Shown here: piece by piece, positions 60,301-64,000 of the stretch
Layout of the letters: every line of letters starts with the position of its first letter
Position numbering within the stretch: the stretch's first letter is position 1
Assembly (NCBI RefSeq): GCF_003704095.1
Contig: NW_020846723.1
Coordinates: 124,001 to 188,000, forward strand
Source of the DNA: Pocillopora damicornis
Taxonomy: Eukaryota
Reading direction: 5' to 3'
Length of the DNA stretch: 64,000 nt
The notes under the pieces: model-generated
What the model was told of the DNA's origin: nothing
Database searches by the model: none
What the model saw: only the letters and a program-made list of their open reading frames with translations
Position numbers and translations under genes: made by a program

Positions 60301-61700
60301 AATTCTTTAAAGTAAACATTATGTGGTTCATGGAAAATAAGTGTTCTTATTGTAATCTGTTCAACCTTTTGATAGCAAAAACTTGTGAAACTTGGCCAAA
60401 AGAAGGCTATTATTAAGGAGATCCAAGTCAATGGTGGTAAGGATGTTGGAGAGAAGATTGACTGGGCACGTGAGCGCCTTGAAAACCCTGCACCAGTTCG
60501 CAAAGTGTTTGCACAGGATGAGATGATTGATATCATTGGTGTATCCAAGGGTCATGGATTTAAGGGTGTCACTTACAGATGGGGTACCAAGAAGTTGCCA
60601 CGCAAGACTCACAAGGGTTTGCGTAAAGTGGCTTGTATTGGGGCATGGCATCCAGCCCGTGTTTCATACTCTGTTGCACGTGCAGGTCAGTTTGGTTACC
60701 ATCATCGTACTGAAATCAACAAGAAGATCTACCGTATTGGTCGTGGTATTCACACTAAAGATGGAAAGGTGGTGAAGAACAATGCCAGTACTGAGTATGA
60801 TCTGACTGACAAGGCAATCACTCCAATGGTGAGTTCATCTTAAAGGATATGATTTTGAGAAACATCTTTTAGATACAGTTTAAATTGGAGAAAATAGGGA
60901 GTGCAATGCAACATGTGCAACCTGCAAGAGTGGCTTAACTGCATCTTGCAGGTCTGTTAAAAAATCATGACACTTCATGGGCTTAGGTCAAAGGGTATGG
61001 ACCCAAATGCACCCTTAGTGAAGGCCCACTCCACTTTGAGTGAGGACTTACCTTGTGGGATTGACATCTGAACATAGGAAAGGAGAGCAGAATTTAATTT
61101 AAGCCTTTCTCGTGTTTGTTCAAAATCTTGTGAAATCTTTCTCAAACTTAATAAACAAATAACTTTTGTGTGTGTTATTTGCACCTTAACAATGCTGTAA
61201 CTCTCTCTTTGGCTTACCTTTAGGGTACTTTCCCTCACTACGGTGAAGTGAATGAAGACTATGTCATGGTCAAGGGATGTGTTGTAGGCAAAGTGAAACG
61301 TGTCCTTACTCTGCGTAAGGTAAGACAAGGATCTTGTAGCAACAAGCACCTCAATATTTGCGTTTCAGTGTGTTGAAGTAGGTATTGGCAATGTTAAAGT
61401 AGTATGTAAGTGTTAGTTGTACAGAGGTCTAATATTTTTCAGAATTGGAGGTGAACATGAATTAAAGAGCTCCAGAAGCCGGTGTATTAATTCTAGCAAT
61501 GACCGTTTTGACATGTCATTCGTTCACAGTCATTGCTTGTCCAAACAAACCGTGCTGCCTTGGAGAAGATCCAACTTAAGTTCATTGATACATCGTCCAA
61601 GTTTGGCCATGGACGCTTCCAGCATCCTGCCGAGAAGAGAGCGTTCATGGGTCTCCTCAAAAAAGACCGGGAGAGGGAGCTTACTGCTGGTGCAGAGTAA
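57329..61700 (+). CDS. RPL3: 60S ribosomal protein L3 (uL3); exons 57329-57331, 58230-58422, 58784-58952, 59426-59561, 60376-60828, 61224-61319, 61530-61700
   Basis: M|[33 protein letters not shown]; [14 protein letters not shown]; [35 protein letters not shown]; FPHYGEV; [18 protein letters not shown]-only first coding exon; AATAAA near 61717. Confidence 0.97.
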
Positions 61701-61769
61701 ATTTGTTTACGAGTTTAATAAAGTTTGGTTTGAATCTATCAGAATCTAATTATTTTAAATGTGCCTCCT

Positions 61770-61980
61770 AAAACCTTTCCCACCCATGAGTGACTAAGAG
61801 AGAATTTCTCCTCACAATATCAATATCAATATCAAGCATAGGAGTGATGAGAATAAAGTAAAGTATCACTTGGGGATTATTCGTTGATCCAATACCAAAT
61901 TCCTTGAATTTACATTATAGCAATCGTGTGGCAGACAGTAAGGAGAATTACTAATGAGATCTTTGGAGTTGAAGGGTTAA
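61770..61980. mobile_element. piggyBac-type MITE downstream of RPL3; related truncated copies at ~27035-27217 and ~50621-50730
   Basis: Ends in GGAGTTGAAGGGTTAA; GAGTGAC..AATATCAATA..GTGATGAGAA core shared with the 27035 copy. Confidence 0.6.
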
Positions 61981-62952
61981 TATATAAAGGAAACTCTCGC
62001 ATTTCGACTATCAGAATGCTATCAACAAGCATTGATCCTCTTTCTCGCCCCTTCCCCCTCTTCCCCCCCGGCATTACCACCATCTCGAGCTGACTACATA
62101 AGTAAAAATAGACATCTGATAATTTACTTCATTTATTCGATACAAGGAGAAACAACAAGTGACGTTGTAAACGAGAGATCTTCGATTACCGTTCAAAACT
62201 GAACTTAATCCTAGGAAAACCAAAGTTGTTATTCAAAAGGACTTGAAGATTGCACAAATTAATATTCATTCAATTTATTTAACATTAAGCCACCATCGTT
62301 GAGAGGATCTTCTATCAATCACATTTAGGACGAAGTAATGAGACCGGGATATTCTGCGACGAAGAGCTTAAAAGGAAAAATCCTCAAAAATACGCCTAGT
62401 GTCCTACGGTTTAAAACTAATTTGGGCTGGAGCAAGTTGAATGTTAGAAGTTGGTGTCTTAATCTAAGTTAACTTTTTTTCCAAAACAAGACAGTAGCAA
62501 CTCCATTTTGTCTATTTACTCTTAATGAAACCTTGCAATTAAGCGAGGAAGAAACATCTTGATAAGTTTCCGAACCTATCAAGAAGTTCCGTACCCATTA
62601 ACTCCTCTTAGGTTAGAAACGTTCGGCACGGCTACATAATAAAGAAAAGAGATCTTGGTCTTCGTTGTTCAGTGGAACATAGCCATATCCTTTCGTGGGT
62701 TGGTAATGGATGTCTAGTCTCGTTTGTGTTTGTAGTCAACTTTGTGAGAGCCAGTAACGTGGATGGTGCGGTTCTAAACAACCTGGACAACGGGCAGTTG
62801 AAAGTAAGGCTTTGTATATCCAGGAAGCGGAACTGTTTGGTAATAGTTAGTTGAGGCAAAGATCACTCCACTCTTATAGTTCCAAATAAGTTTAAAATAA
62901 AAAAGTACCGCCGATCCAAATGCATCTCGAGTTTTGATAGAGAGGAAACAAT

Positions 62953-63867
62953 TTAGAATCTAAAAGTCTGTCGCAGAATATCTTTCATGACTTGTCTCAC
63001 TTCTCTCATTGTCCAGCAGTAAAGAACTGGGTTTAAAGAAGAGTTAAAATGTAGAAAAGTAGTTATACAGATACAAACCAAAAGAAGAATTGGGTCGAGT
63101 CCTCTGGAGGCCACCAGTGTGATTATAACAATCCCGGGCAGGTAAAAAGCAATCAATGATAACTGTATCCACACTGCGCTGGATACTGTTTTCCTATATC
63201 GTGCTATGTTCAGTGGCTCAGGTCGGTTTGCTTGTCTTTGGTGAATATTTCCGTGTACTTGCCCCTGATGTTGCCGGAGTTTTCGATAAATTTTGAGGTA
63301 ACAGAAAGTTGAGACTGTAATACTCAGTAAAACAAGAAAGGAACCATAAAATAACGCAGTTCTGTAGTTGAACAACTCCATAATAGCACCTCCAGATCCT
63401 ATGAACCAAAGTGAGATGGCAGTACCTTGAGCACGCCTTGAGGTAACAACTTGTCTGTATCTCAATCCCAGTGACAGGGCGAGAAGTCTGTCCACACCTA
63501 TTGCAGTCATTGTGAGCAAAGATACTGAACATAACGTTTGACCTGAAAGAAGCACAGCGCTAATAACTTGGCAACAAAGATTCCAGTTTTTAAATTCAAT
63601 CGTGAATAAAAATATAACATAAAGTGGACCGACAGCAATCCCTACACATAAATCCGTAAGGATCAGAGAGCGTAATAGAATCTTGGAGGGTGGATGGAGG
63701 AACGACACTTTTCGAAGGGCTGCAAGTATTAGAATATTTCCAAATGTTGACGAGATGGCAAGAAAAATGCTAATGATTATGAGAAATCGCAGAATGAGGA
63801 TTCCTCCTACAGGCGAAGAACAAAACATTTCAGTTGTTAGGTTTTCAGATCTGTCGTCAATCAGCAT
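62953..63867 (-). CDS. Intronless class A (rhodopsin-like) GPCR of the cnidarian-expanded melanocortin/adenosine-receptor-like type
   Basis: Seven hydrophobic segments; GNILIL, LxxxD (LILTDLCVG), DRL(L), YxKIY, FYLP, NSSLNPVLYCW. Start codon uncertain (63867 or a downstream ATG). Confidence 0.9.
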   Translation of the reverse strand: MLIDDRSENLTTEMFCSSPVGGILILRFLIIISIFLAISSTFGNILILAALRKVSFLHPPSKILLRSLILTDLCVGIAVGPLYVIFLFTIEFKNWNLCCQVISAVLLSGQTLCSVSLLTMTAIGVDRLLALSLGLRYRQVVTSRRAQGTAISLWFIGSGGAIMELFNYRTALFYGSFLVLLSITVSTFCYLKIYRKLRQHQGQVHGNIHQRQANRPEPLNIARYRKTVSSAVWIQLSLIAFYLPGIVIITLVASRGLDPILLLVCICITTFLHFNSSLNPVLYCWTMREVRQVMKDILRQTFRF

Positions 63868-64000
63868 ATTTTTAAACAATGCAGAGATATGATACGGAGT
63901 TCAAGTATTCTGCTTGAAATATTAAGCTCCTATTCAGGATGAAAAAGGCTTTTACTTAACCGAGATCGAAATTCAAAACATCTGACCCTTGGAGAGCCGT

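Overview
Eukaryotic, intron-rich, AT-rich animal genomic DNA. The repeat families and the intronless class-A GPCR suggest an anthozoan, probably a scleractinian coral (inference). Two short N gaps follow G/C homopolymers. Ten protein-coding genes can be built by hand from splice sites and translation: an FMNL-like formin (-, runs off the left edge), ATP5PD/ATP5H (-), a GCKR/MurQ-like double-SIS protein (+), RINT1 (-), TMF1 (-), MRPS24 (+), a secreted protein with four copies of an unassigned 4-Cys domain (+), NDUFB10 (-), RPL3 (+) and a rhodopsin-family GPCR (-). Three nuclear-encoded mitochondrial genes each sit head-to-head with a partner on a short bidirectional promoter. The most notable observations are: (1) the NDUFB10-RPL3 divergent pair mirrors human NDUFB10-RPL3L; (2) a candidate poison 3' splice site and hairpins lie in RPL3 intron 3, the intron used for NMD autoregulation in mammals; (3) the GKRP-like protein keeps both MurQ catalytic motifs; (4) the mucin-linked WDD/4-Cys repeat protein; (5) palindromic intronic repeats carry decayed minimal hammerhead-ribozyme cores on both strands; (6) a U12-type intron in RINT1. 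No prokaryotic systems, CRISPR arrays, rRNA or intact tRNA genes were seen. Exon coordinates were read by eye and may be off by a few bases.
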